Source: Balanoglossus misakiensis
Taxonomy: Eukaryota > Animalia > Hemichordata
Assembly (NCBI GenBank): GCA_040954595.2
Contig: CM082595.2
Span: 2,465,943 to 2,529,942, forward strand
Direction: 5' to 3'
DNA length: 64,000 bases
This document shows positions 35,165 to 48,652 of the stretch, one piece after another. How positions within the stretch are numbered: the first letter of the stretch is position 1; each line of letters opens with the position of its first letter. The notes beneath the pieces were generated by a model. That model saw nothing but the letters and a program-made list of their open reading frames with translations, had not been told where the DNA came from and made no database searches. The position numbers were made by a program, and so were the translations under genes.

Positions 35165-38100
35165 GGTTCACCCTGTGACCTCCATTTTGGAAATTGCATG
35201 ATGGGAACCTGCCATTTAGAAATAATGGCGATCATGGAAATAGATGGTATCTGCCATTTGAGTCAAGTTTTCCATGCAAACTCTGTAAGGAGTTGCTGTT
35301 ACCAGGGGAGACACAAGGATGAAGAATCTCTGAAACATCCCCTCGTTGAAAAATATTGTTGGAATCTGTGCTTGAATGTAGTCCATAGATATCAGAGTGC
35401 TTCAAACGTGGTGTAGTGCAACGTATTCGTAATAATAAATCATCCAAGATGGCTGTCTGTGATTTTTTAATGTGATGATAATTCAAGAAAGCATGCAAAT
35501 CATTAGATACGTTTTATTGCTGTGAGAATTTGTACCAAAAAACTTTAGGGAAATTTTTAGATATACACTTGTGAATTTGGTGATGTAGCGATTTTTACAT
35601 GAAATCTGTGGCATGCTTACACCTATTATAGCTCACTGATCGTCAGTAATATAATTATCACTGCATTCAGTTGCACAAAATAGTATTAGTGTCATATTAG
35701 TATAGGGTAGTGGCATTTAGAATAAGGCATCGTTTTGGATAATGTACTAGTATTTTTTATGTATGCACTCAAAGTCTAAGCTTACTGCACAATAACATCT
35801 CCCCACTCGATTGTTCTGTTTGACATTTTTTTAGGCGAACATGAAGGTGAAAAGTTCTCTAATGAGAGGTTGATTTTTTATGTCATATCAGTTTTATTTA
35901 CACTTTAATGAGTACAAATGCTTGAAGGCAGACCCCTTCCATACCTTGATCTATGATAAAATGAGTTTGTCACAGGACGATAACTTAAACTGTACGTTTT
36001 ATAAGATTGAACCAGGATCATATTTGATGTCTTCCATCCACACACTTACTGTTTTTGATAGTTGTGCTTGAAAAACGTACACAAACTCCCAGAAAACAAC
36101 CTAATCGCCATTATAGTCACAGCGCCCCCAACAACGTAAAAGTACTTGCATAAACATTTGTTTTTATCTTCTGGCCAGCATATTCTAACTTGCTCATTTA
36201 TGTATCAAGAAACGTGATGTTTTATTTTCTTGATATTTTCAATTTACATATTTTGCAAATACCGTTTCATAATTTGGTGCTGACATTTTTGTGACAGGAG
36301 TGGTATATATATATTGCTGAGAAAGTGGCTATAAATCATAGTGTATGAGAAAAAGCATTTCTATCAGAATGATTGGTATTTGTGTCTGACTGTTTTGTTT
36401 TTAAGGCTCGTCTGTCAATATTGTGCTACTTGATTAAACTTGCCGTGAGTGACAGCTTCAACGGCTTTTGAATCCATCTTTGTGAGGTTAAATTCGATTC
36501 GCTGGTCGCGTCACGTGACTACCAATAAACCGCATCAACAGGGCCGTTGCCAAGGTCACATCTTCATCCTTGACGTATAAGAGCTTTAATACCCAAGCGA
36601 ATGTCACCGCACAGTTATAAGGGGAAATCTTTTTATTGGCCTGGTACAGGTACGGGGGGTCAGTATTTAGTTTATTACTATGTTTCATCAATGTGTTCTT
36701 TGTACACATCGATGGCAACGTTGTAGTTGTTGACAATAACAAGCAAGGTCGTATTGTTCGCGCTTTGTTGCATCTTTCTAAACAAACTCCTTTTGATGGC
36801 GCTGGATAGTTATTAACCGTGTATTCTGGTAGCTAATTTTAAAGCCCGTTACAACTTAAGAGAGTGGACACGGTATTGTTGCGCAGAAACTTATTTACTT
36901 CAAAAAGTTGGCTGTGTTTTGACATTGCTGGAATTCATTCTAATTCAACACACGTCAGCTTCCGTTGACGTCGCTTTCACATAAACACAGCCCCACTCAA
37001 ACCAAGACTACATTCATCGCCAACTCACCTTTGCTCCTAAACCAAGAGGTCAACATAAATCTAAAGAGATTGGTGCCTCCAAAGTGAATAAGTGAAGGGG
37101 AGTGAATTATGGTTTGAACGCTTGCATAAATGTTCTGTTTTTGTTTCCCGAGGCTATCGCGAAAAAACTGTAGACTCATCCTCTACTGTTTGTACACTGC
37201 CCCAGACCATCCGTATAGTTTTGGACCAAAATAGTGTCAAATTTTCCACTTTACACGTTTATTGTGAAATAAAGAGAAAATATTGATTTTCTATAAACAG
37301 ACCCTTAACACTTAATGCGTCAAATGTATGACGAAACCTGTTTGACCCGAGATCATGTTCTCATAAACTCTTTGAACTGCACAGACAGTAGAAAAAACAA
37401 ACACAATTTTCTGCTTCCTAACAGCCTCAGATAGAACGTGCAAACACAATTGCACTAAGGTGTTGTTACGATCGGATGAGAAGCACACTTGTTGACAATA
37501 GTACAATTTATTCAATCTCAAATACTTGACTCGCGTTAGTCTGAAGGGTGAAAGGTCATTCCTGTGTCGTGAAGGTATGCAGCTATCTTCGTCGTGGATA
37601 TTGAGCGTAAATCTGTCTGTGCATTTAATTTGACTGCATCGTCTGATGCACATCGTAGACAGAAAATAGACGCACGTTTTCGAATTCTGGAGATAATTTA
37701 TTTTACCATCTAAACTTTTCATAATTTACTTTCTAAATGCATATTTACAGTAATCATTATTTTAAAAATGGTCAGATAGGAATATACTTACAAAATTACA
37801 AAATCAAGAAGCACAGTACTGAAAATGTGGTTACCGCAATGGGCCACATATTTGTCTTAAGTTATGACCTTATAGACGTACGCGTTATCTTGAAAAATTA
37901 ATACCATAATCAAGTCTGGTCATAATATGAATGCATTATGTTAGGATACCAAGAATATTTTAAAATACAACAAATTGTTTACCGCCGTTTTGGACGGAAT
38001 TTTAAATTTTAGAACAAATTATTGAAAAGGGTTTAATTAGTACTGAAGTGTACGAAATTTGCCATTGGAATGATTGTGTGGTGTAACGGTGCTGTTATAA

Positions 38101-38274
38101 TATTTATGCTTCAATTTCATGATTATTTCAAGGGAATATGGAAACGTATACTTTTTTCATTATAAAAATCGTATTATTTTGGAATCAATGCTAGTCTACC
38201 GGTAAATATGAAATATACTTGTGATGAACGCAAGCCCACCCTACCCCAGACCTAACCAGCTCGTAGTTTGATTT

Positions 38275-40056
38275 TCACATTATGGCGCATGTCCTACTGC
38301 TTGCCTTGTTGCTGTTCCCAATTTTGCTATCGTTGGTTGCCAGGGCAACCTGTCTGGAGTCGTTTTGAGCCGAATTTAGTTCGTGTTTTTTGCTCATTTC
38401 GTTTTCATTCTCGTCTTGTTTGTTTTCTTCGCCACTTTTGCTTAATGTGTTGTCATGGTAATGTTCTCCCCTCGGACTGACGTTTTTCGTTTCTGTGCCG
38501 CTCTGTGTTTCTGTTTCGATGCGCTCTTTTCGTATGTCGTCAAAATCTCGCCGGCCGTCGGTTGAGTAGTCACTGTCGTAATCGCTCTCCGAGCCGGAAA
38601 TGTCACTCCCGCTGGAGTAAGATTCAGACCCGGAGTAAGAGCCATCCGTGAACGAATCCGTGTACGACGAACCCGACGTGTAGGACTCACTGCCGTCAGA
38701 ATACTCAGAATCAGAATACGAATCTGAGTATGACCCGCTCCCCGATTCGCTGTCGCTTTCCGAATCCGAACCACTGGAGTACGATGAAGATGAACCCGAA
38801 CCTGATTCCGATCTCGGTCTTTCATGATGAGGTTGGCGATTTTTTACATCTCCAGATTTTGTTTCTTTTTCTAACTTATCCTCGGATGTCGACCATGCGC
38901 TGACGGTAGATTCTGAGTCACCGTCATCCTCTTTGTCTTTTCTCGATTTTCTTCCCTTCCTCACTTTCGAGGCGTCTTCAACGACGGAGAATTTGACTTC
39001 GTTTCTGTTTTCACCAAGGTGTCCATCTGTCGCTCTGTTACCATCTTCCGCGCCTTCTCGCCAACGATTCTCGGTGGAAGTTTGTGACTCGACGGCGCTG
39101 CTGTCGCGAGGCGAATTACTTTTCAGTATTCCTCTCTGGTGAGCGGCACTCTCCTCTCCACTGTGATGACTTCCGTATCCGTCCGCCATTTTCCTGTCGT
39201 CTGCCGTGTGAGAATGGTTATATTCGTCTCGTGTCTCCCGCTTTCGCCGAGATTTTTTCTCACTTTTAGAATCCAAATGCCGTGTTTCTGATTCCGACCC
39301 GTCCTCGTTTCTCTCCTTCTTTGACCTTCGCTTTGACCTTCGTTTCTCCCCTCCCTCACCATCCCTTTCGTGGTCTCTGTCACTTTTCTTCCTATCTCTG
39401 TCTTCGGACCCGTCGCCTCTTGACTCCTTCGACCCAATAATCGGCGACTTTCTCTGTCTTCTGTGCGGAGAATCATTCTGTCTGTCGGCGTGGCGTTCTT
39501 CCTCGGATTTTCTGGATTCCGACTTCTTCTTTTTCTTTCTTTCATCGCTTTCATCCCGCTTCTCTTCTTCAGCTCTTTTCTGTTTCTTCTCCTTCTTTTT
39601 CTTTTCTTTTCTCTCTTCAGATCTGAAGTCTTCGTCACCACGCCGTTCGCGGGCATCTTCTTTTTGTCGCTTACTATCTTTCTCTCTCGGATGATCGCCA
39701 TCTTTCAAATGGCGCTCGAGGACGATTTCGGCGTCACGGTTGTCGCCATATTCCTTCGCCTTTTTGTCCTTTTTACGCTTCTCTTTGTGTTTCTCCTTCC
39801 GCGTCTCCGCTGTCTCCGTTGAGTACGATTCTATCACCACGGCATCTCCGCTGGAGCTAGAACATTTCCTGCTCTCTCGACCTCCATCCTCCCGTTCCAA
39901 GATCAGTTCGTTCTTGAGAGTAGTGTACCTGTCCTCATTTTTGTAGTCACCCCTCTCATGCTTACTCTTCGACTTCTTCGATTTTTTATTCTTTTTGGGC
40001 GTCGGTGCTTCCACGGCAACCACGATCGCATCTTCGTTTTCACTAGCACTGGCCAT
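38275..40056 (-). CDS. Highly charged, intrinsically disordered protein (single coding exon) with C-terminal CaaX (CAIM)
   Basis: Open frame of ~590 codons from aagATGG (MASASENED..). K/R/E/D-rich first half, S/Y/D/G tract, ending ..SSRTCAIM*. No recognisable folded domain. Confidence 0.75.
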   Translation of the reverse strand: MASASENEDAIVVAVEAPTPKKNKKSKKSKSKHERGDYKNEDRYTTLKNELILEREDGGRESRKCSSSSGDAVVIESYSTETAETRKEKHKEKRKKDKKAKEYGDNRDAEIVLERHLKDGDHPREKDSKRQKEDARERRGDEDFRSEERKEKKKKEKKQKRAEEEKRDESDERKKKKKSESRKSEEERHADRQNDSPHRRQRKSPIIGSKESRGDGSEDRDRKKSDRDHERDGEGGEKRRSKRRSKKERNEDGSESETRHLDSKSEKKSRRKRETRDEYNHSHTADDRKMADGYGSHHSGEESAAHQRGILKSNSPRDSSAVESQTSTENRWREGAEDGNRATDGHLGENRNEVKFSVVEDASKVRKGRKSRKDKEDDGDSESTVSAWSTSEDKLEKETKSGDVKNRQPHHERPRSESGSGSSSSYSSGSDSESDSESGSGSYSDSYSDSEYSDGSESYTSGSSYTDSFTDGSYSGSESYSSGSDISGSESDYDSDYSTDGRRDFDDIRKERIETETQSGTETKNVSPRGEHYHDNTLSKSGEENKQDENENEMSKKHELNSAQNDSRQVALATNDSKIGNSNKASSRTCAIM

Positions 40057-43000
40057 CTTGAATGGATGATGCCAACTCCGATATATTCCAAATATCAAAC
40101 TTTGACCAGATCAAGCGAGGGTATTTTCAGCTTCCGTGTCGAAGACAGTAACCAATGCAGTGTTTTGTCTGTTAGAAGGAATGAAAAATAATCGTTAGGT
40201 ATACTGAAGTTATTTCAGTTAAGTCTTACAACACGGCGTTCATATGAAGGTGAATTTTACCTCAGGAAACACCACCTTTATCGCAATGATTATGTTGTTG
40301 TTGGTTCTACGTTTCGTCCGCGTTCCGCTTGATTCAACAGGTGGGTGCAATGACTTCAAATGCAGGTGTAGGACCCGGATGAGTGAACTTCGAGGTCAGC
40401 GAGACTCAGGATTAATACTCGGTTTTACGGGTCACCGGGAAATGGCAATGCACTTTTCCCCCGGTAAGGACAGTTGCTCATTTGGGTGAATGAGCGGAGG
40501 GGCTATGCCAAACAACGAGATCTCGTGAGACTACACGCGACTTTATTATTTTTTGCCTGCGATCAGCAAGCAAATATGTACAATGCAAACGCATATTGTA
40601 CTCATATTCAACTCCAGAAAGGGTGGATGCTCTTTTAAACACTACTGCCGCGTTGTAAATGTTTACGACGACGATCGCCGTGGTTTTACGACGAATTAAA
40701 GATTCTAATAGGTTTATAGTGTTAGTCATTTGTGACTATTGCATGAATGGATCCTGAGAACAATATCACACGGACGAAATATTTTGCTGCCCCACGTATT
40801 CGTACATCCAACCCACCGTTTGTTTCACCTTGTCACTTCTACAAGTTACCATCCTGGCATAATATGATGACCAGTTTTGTGATTAACGCCATCTTGTCTC
40901 TGTCCGCCATCGGACAGACGACCTTCAAATATCGCAAGTCCACTGACTGCATCAACGATAACCAACGCTCTCCGATCCTATAGTATCAACAAGCTTCACT
41001 TTCAACCCAACTCGGTCGCTATGGCTTTCTGGGCGTTGCACGTCCACGTTTGTCGAAATCCGTTTCGAATCTAAGTGTTACTGTGGGTGAATTTAGGTCT
41101 GGGAATCACCGAACATGGATAGGATAGCACAGATTCGCTCGTCACAAGTCTGGAAGCATTGCCGAAGATTGACTGACAGTGCAAGTGCAAACCGTCGTTG
41201 ACAAGTGTGTACTTGGACACGTCGCATTACATAATAGGCAAATAACCCTCCGTGATTTAACAACGGTATAGGTCTTTAATGGTAATTGCTCATGTTACCA
41301 ATTTACACATTAGTTCGGCCTTGACAACTGTTTAATCTGTATTCAGTCAACACACACAAGATAATTGCAGGACTATTAGGTTATTTGTCTCTACAGTCGT
41401 TGTCATGGAAATGGCTAACACACCTGTAGAGACATGACATCATACATGTATGTTTTATGCTATGTAGTAACAGCATATGGTATTTTCAGCGCGGACAAAT
41501 TCTGATCGATATAATTCTACTAGGCCTATTCTAGTACATACAAATTAAAGAAATCCAGAGGTTCGAGCTATATCGATGAAATTAAGTCAATTTCACACAT
41601 TACCGTCGCAGGCATTGTCGCGTATTTTGAACATAAATTGATATTTTGCGTCAAGTAAAAATAAAACCAATACCGCCATACAAGTAGGTCTGCGTGTGCG
41701 AATTATGAACAATATATTTTCTGATGGATCGATATTATGGTCCTTAATTACTTCCAATGGAGACAACATGCTTCAATATCGCACGTATTGTCCATTATCG
41801 TGTTATATTAGAGTCGACGGTGGATGAGAAGGGTACATGTACTTCTAAGAGATGCCGCGGGAAAGAATATATTAATAGCGTGGAAACTTATTCGGCGTAT
41901 GTAACCTGCTTGATCGCGTGGAAAGTGTTCTTCTGGAGTTTTGTCAACAGGATACACATTGATCTAGACTGTGAATACACACAAGGGGAACTTCAATACA
42001 CTTTGACAACATTCCCGGGATGATGCTGAGAACAGACAATTGAATATTGCTAGGGGGTCTTCCACAGCACAAGCATGCCCGGGGGGCTTATCCTCATAGT
42101 GCGTCATGTCCTAGTTTATCCTTTATATGAGGTTTTTCATAAAGATGCCTGTAAACAACTTGTGCTTTAAAATTACAGTGCTTTCTTCGAAGACTCAGTG
42201 GTATACCCACATATTCCAAAGCTAATATCAGACGGCCAGGGTTGCCGTCCACTTCACTTGTGTGTTTTTGTTTCCAAAGTAAACAAAATAATTGAAACTA
42301 GGCGTTTTTCTTTACGCCCTCGGTTCAATTCCCCCTATTGATCTAGTTTTAGCATTTGTGGTAGATATAATCCATAGGCTATTATAGGAGAATAATGCTC
42401 AAAGGCCGAATGAGGTATACGTTGCACGCTATACTTAACTGACTGGCAGCGTTTTTTTATTTCTGACATGTTGGTCTTGTAGCATCCAGGGTACACAGAA
42501 ATCAACAGAGTGTTGTTCAGGATTTGTGTTGACAAGCGACATGTCAACAGTCGCATGTACTTTCGTCAATGAGATCTCGCGAAAGGAACCTAGATGTTGG
42601 CCTACAAATTTCACCAGCCTGAGCGGTACAAGCCATTTCTGTTGCAGAATTCTGGTGACTGAAATAATGAGAATAACGCTCAGTTTTCCCTGAAACACGC
42701 GTTTATTTGACCAGAATGAATTTCATTTTCGCCGCATGACTGCTTTTTCTTGAAATGTTTCCATACATATAATTGACGCCCATTAATTAAATAGACATGG
42801 CCAGCATATACGCAGCAATAATTTCCTCACTTTGTAAAATAGATTGACGTTGTCAACAAGTATTATCATTCACCTGCTATGGACCTTAATCAGTTTTGAA
42901 AAAATATCGCGAAAGTAAAATTAAGCGACCGTTACAGTCCAGAGACAAACATTCATAAAACCGCAAGTCTACTTTTGCCCGAACTCTTCCAAGGGCCGCT

Positions 43001-46000
43001 ATAACTCAAGCCGTCTCCTTGAAAAGCCTGTATCAATTTAAAACGCAATTCATTATCGCATACTACTATTCATTGCAACCTGAAAGTTAATTTATCCGTA
43101 AGTCGACAGATAGGGCGACCCCTAGGGGATGGCTTTCATTGTCATGGTAACGTCCTGACAGTTACAGTCGTCAATGTCTGAGTGGACGAGATGACGTATA
43201 AATATTGTGTTGCCATGGTAATAATACCCAGGGGGAGGCTTGGGTGAATGTGGCGTCGCGTGACAGTTCGCTAGCACTGAAAGGTGACAATATATAACTG
43301 CATAGGTACAGGGTGTATTGAGTTAAAAACTATTTATTAGTCGATGGGCTATAGTGTAACCCTATAGTGGTGTGGGAATCATGATCTTTTATACCTGTAG
43401 TTCCCTTGGGAGAGCTGTGTGGTTTATGCGTGCATTTTGGGTAACTGTCCAAGACATTTGAGCGTATTCCACCCCGGAGCGGAATAATACCTGTTGTTAA
43501 ACCAGTGAGTGCATTAAGGTAGTCATTAACCGCTCTTCTGTTTGTGCTTCCGACTGTTAAAATAGCACTTTGCGAACGATCATTCCGTCCTGTTTTCTCA
43601 AAAGAACGTCGGTAAAATGTCTTTGGTTTTCACGAGTTTGTCTGTATTCTGTATCATATACATTTGTATATGAAATCAATCATTATCTCCAGGTGTCAAG
43701 GCGCGTCTCTAGTACTGTTTCATCTAGTTTCATTCGAAGGTCGAGGATGTGCTTACGCGGCGCTGTTTCCTTGGTAACCATTATAAATCGACATGTTTAT
43801 ATATATGAGAAAAGTAATGGCCTTGTGGCCTTTTGACCCAGAACAGTTCTTTTCATTTTTCATATCGGGTCGTGGCCTTTTCCTTCAAAATTTGATAAAG
43901 CCCACCTGTTGTTGCAGAAATGATGTTTACCAAGTCATAATCGAAAAGAAAATTTTGATGCTTACCACCGATGTAACAACGTGAATGAACAAGACTCCTG
44001 GAACGAGGTTATAATCCAGTTTTATCGTTCACAGCCAACGCGTCTTCTACAACAATGCGGCGACCGTAAGACAGTTCTTCGCCATAAAGGTTTGCTATCA
44101 GTAAATTGAACAGTTCGACGTCGATCTAACACTTCAGTCAATCGACCCTGTCCGCTGTCTTGTCAGAATAGATCCCCAGAAGCCTTTGCACGATGCAGCA
44201 TCTTTCATCGATCACACTAATCTCATCAAAGCCGTCGACTGTGACACAGAGAATAAAACATGGAAAATAGATTAGCAGGAATTAAATCGAATCCTGTATT
44301 TTGACAGTAACGATGGCGCACACGACAGTATTCATTATTGTCATGATAATGACGAATGCAAATATACTCTGCTCCGTAAAACATTAAATTCAGCGACGTT
44401 AAGTTGCTCCAAATAGTGTTTGAAATGCGTAATGTAATAAGATTCCTATTAGTCCACGACGTGTGGGAATAGTACAGTATACGGAAATGCGTTCAGGAAC
44501 AAATGTGAAATGTACAACAAGCTAATTTGATATCCACAGGTACGCATTGAAACGTACAAGGCGGTTGGTGCCAGTTGATTAATTGCAGAGAGGTTATCGG
44601 TTGAAATCTGCACAACAGACTCTGCTATTGATGCTTGTGATGCATAGATCCGAACGTACACAATGAAAGCCGCTTGTACGACAAGATCTTACATGTCGTT
44701 TAGCTACACAAAGTATAGGATCTGTACAGTGCTTGCATTGAGACAGTATCTTGCAGTGTTATGATCGATGTTCCACACGGTTTTTTAGTAATGTCTGCGT
44801 TCATATGTGCCTGGATGCTAGTACTTAGAAAACTGCGCGCCTTGTTTGCACCCGGAGCAATTAAGACGATATCAGAATACGCGCATCCCTCGTATATTTC
44901 ATTCCATAATGAAAGGAGGGGAGATGTTTAATTAGCGCGAACAAAAACAGGCGCTCAAGCGCGCGAAATAAAAAATGCTGATTCTTCTTCTTCGAGAAGA
45001 AGATGCCTGAAGTCAGACTTACCTCTTAGTATTTTTAGGAACTGACTCACTCTTCCGTAACATCAACGAAATGTACACCGAAGAAGACACGATCTTGCCT
45101 CAATAGCTGCACGCGTCAGTCTGAATCGTAATAACACAACACCGCGGTTTTTTCCCCTATTCACGGGACTCGAATAAGACTCCCTAGACTCACAATCTTC
45201 GGCGTCTTAAAGGAGGAAAGTCATTCAAGCGACTCAAATTGTTCTCATAAGAACTTCGAGTACACGCCCTTTGAGCCCTTTGAGACACAACGGTAAACCC
45301 GGCTCAACAATTACAACATCCTTTACCAGAACCATAAACTCCAGCTATAAAACCATGTTCCCATGATTTGACGGAAAGATCCTTGTGAACATATATCTCA
45401 ACCCAAGGTCAGCCAGGCTTGTTAATAAAAAATAATGAAAACGCCAATGACAAGCGTTAATAGCTTTAACTCAGTCCAATATGTCAGACGAGTTTTCTGC
45501 GCTCTATCGGGAGTCAGGACGACTTTTCGTCATGTGTCACTGCGCAGTAAAGCCGCTCACCATTAGCTTAGTGTCGTAACTCCGACCACACCTTCTTACG
45601 ACAACCTTCAAGACACACCGTCCTTTCTTCGACTTCTTCCCCGTGTCTCCGTTTCTGAATAAAGTTTTGTGTTTCTGTCATCGAACCTGAGTACTTGTGT
45701 GCCAGGAATAGTAATGTCTGGTCTAGGGGTTAGTTTCAGAGTGGATTGATCTGCTAAATACCCACTGACTACAATCATCAAAGCATATGCCTACACTGCC
45801 TTCGTCGGGTTTTTAGCGAGCTGGTTTCATGATTTGTTCACGAAGCTGTCCGGAAAGAGACAATTATTTCTGTATGTTCCAGTCAATCGATTAGCTACAA
45901 CTACACCAAGTCATTCATAAATAGGGTATTCTTCTGTGAGTACATGCAGTGTCCATTTAACAATGGATCCTTCGTGGCTGTAATTACCGACAATAATTGG

Positions 46001-47212
46001 AAATACTTCATGCCTAGTTACATTGTAGAATCTCTGGGTCACAACGCTAACCAGTTCCATTGCAACACCCATAACACATATTATGATTCTGTTTGTCCAC
46101 AAGACGATAAATCAGGTACCGGTCAAGACAGGATATTGAGTTCATCCAGAGACCCTCTATCGCACTCAAAACTGTAACGAACAGGGATGACAATAGGCTG
46201 ATATATATGCCAATTACCAGAGACAAATATATGATGTGAACATTTCGAACGTATGTCATTTCTTCTCAGAAAAGGTATCAATATTTGACGTTTTGCAGTT
46301 TTATAAATAATTTTGGTGTAAAGAGAAGCGCCTCCGGTATGTCTATGCCACCTGGTTGAAGAGCGTTAGCAAAAATTGGCCAATCAGAAGCAGTCTTACA
46401 TCACCACTGCACATCAGCTCTCCAATTACAGACAAAACTCATCGTGAAGGATTGATTACGTCAGAGGTGTCCAGACCACCTCTCGGGTCATGTGACTTAC
46501 AAATTGACCAATCAGACACACTTTCGCGATTTTCGCGGAACTTTGACAACGTATGTTGATGTATTCACGATCATACACAGTCCTTGTGTATCGTCCGTGC
46601 AGAACCTACAACCTGGCGACGCGCCACAGAAGGCGAACGGAGACTGAACCAAACAGGTAATTCTGACAATCTTACATTTTCGCCGATCAGATTGAAATCC
46701 GGACAAGGATTAGCCTGCGTTCGCGTTTATTCAATCGGGATCTCTCGTTTTATTTTATTTCATTTTTAAAAGAGAAGATCAAAGAAGTAAAGTGAAACAA
46801 ATAGGCAAAGTTCAGGCGATGAAATATGAAGCGATTCATCAAACAGTAATCCGATAAATATTCCCTTTCACATTGTAGACAATTGTCAAAATCGCCACAG
46901 TCCTTGAGTGGGGATCCGCCTATTACTTTACATTATTTCCTTGAACAGTTTGTGAGATTTCATTGTTTATTTTTATACGTTAAGTTTATTCGGAAACGTC
47001 TAGTATTAACGTGCAGCTGTCCGCTCACTGATTTAAAAATATGTTAACCGATCGGATTGCAGTGCAACTCGAGATTCCTGGTACAGTCGATTCTGATATG
47101 CCATTGTATCGGTACATCTGGTGTATGCAAATAAGTTTAAATGATATTTCACTGTTAATACAATATTAGTTTCATTTCAGGTTTAATTCAAACGGTCGAG
47201 AGATTGATATCG

Positions 47213-48652
47213 ATGAATTTCCGACGTCGGCGACAGACATGCTTCGTCTTTGGTGTAACTGTTATGTGGGGATTCCTGGTGCATATTCTATTGCTCAATC
47301 CAGTTCAAAGAGGTAAGTACTAAAACCCTTGTCAAGAAGTTCATTTTTTCGAAACTTTCAACAGCCGTAGATCATTGTAAATTAATCCCAATGATTGGCA
47401 GATCATATTTTGTTCTGATCACCCAATAGCAATGCCTGTTGAGTACATTCGAAGTGTTGAAAGTTCGGAGATGTCACGTGACACGGCAACGGAGCAAACC
47501 AACAACGACCAAACAACTCAGGATCTCAATAATTGGACACAACTAAATCTACGTCAAGACGAACAAAAAATCGGACTAGAAGCGAGACATCTTGACATGC
47601 CAGCCAAACAAGTAAGAAACCCAGTTTTTAATACCTTTGCACATATACTTACATTTTTTTTCTTCGCATAGGCCTACTCAAGTTCGGTATTACATAAGAC
47701 ATGTACTTTTCTGTGTGACACCCCTGATAATTACATTGCCTTGCCAGTAAATTGATGTTAAAATATTACCATATTTTTTATTATATTCTTTATTCTTATT
47801 CTTGTTCGTTTACAGACTATGAATTCACCGACAACCCGCAAGGAAATTTTTGAAAAGCGAAACAACTTAGTGGTCGAGGGCTGTAGACATTATACTACAG
47901 ATAAAGAATGTATAATGCATGCTTACGGAAGAACCCTGGTCGATGAAGCTCACAAAACTCTTTATTGCGAAATTTTCAAAGTTGGCAGTTCGAATTGGCA
48001 GAGAACATTCATAGGACTAGTTGCTGACGTCACGCCTGACTTCCGGAAACGCATCGACGGTTACTACAAACGCTTGAGCAAGTACAGCCCTGACGACAGG
48101 GACGCCATCTTGGATGAATACAAGACGCACTTCATGTTTGTCCGTCATCCTTTCTATCGGCTTGTCTCCTGCTTTGCAGACAAAGTCGACCACGACCCGG
48201 ATGATGATTTCGTCGACAGACATTTGACCAAAATCGAGGCAGAGACCGGAAAGAGACCTGAAAGTCTCACGTTTGCGAATTTCGTCGACTATATAATACG
48301 CGACTCGAACACCACATATTACGACAAGATTGATAAATTCGACCAACATGTCATGCCCATGTACCGCGGCTGCTGTCCGTGCGAGGTCAAATATGATTTC
48401 ATAGGACATCTTGAAACGCAGCAGGAAGATTCCGATTTCATATTAAACGCAATGGGAGTAAACGTGTCCTTTCCCAAATCTGATCCAATAGCGACATTTA
48501 GTTCTGCCAAAGATAAAGTATCGAGATATTTCAGTCAGCTAACCCCTCAACAGATTATGAAGTTATACAACTTGTACGAGTGGGATTTCAAACTTTTCGG
48601 TTATAAATTTCCCGATTATTTGAAATCGCCAGAAATTGAGATTCCAAATTGA
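47213..48652 (+). CDS. Carbohydrate sulfotransferase (Sulfotransfer_2; CHST11/HNK-1 ST-like)
   Basis: Exons 47213-47312 (basic N-terminus + TM), 47430-47611 and 47816-48652. 5'-PSB YCEIFKVGSSNWQR, 3'-PB FMFVRHPFYRLVS, CCPCEVKYDFIGHLET, LYEWDFKLFGY. Confidence 0.92.

Noticed and set aside
37312-37722. 136-aa minus-strand ORF downstream of the CaaX protein
   Set aside because: No recognisable homology or coding-like composition; likely 3' UTR or intergenic.
38268-40191. Plus-strand and shifted-frame ORFs overlapping the charged protein
   Set aside because: Expected shadow ORFs of low-complexity coding sequence; no recognisable motifs.
40200-47100. Short ORFs in the ~7-kb non-coding stretch (e.g. 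45944-46177, 42435-42698)
   Set aside because: No recognisable domains or consistent exon chain; probably intronic or regulatory sequence.
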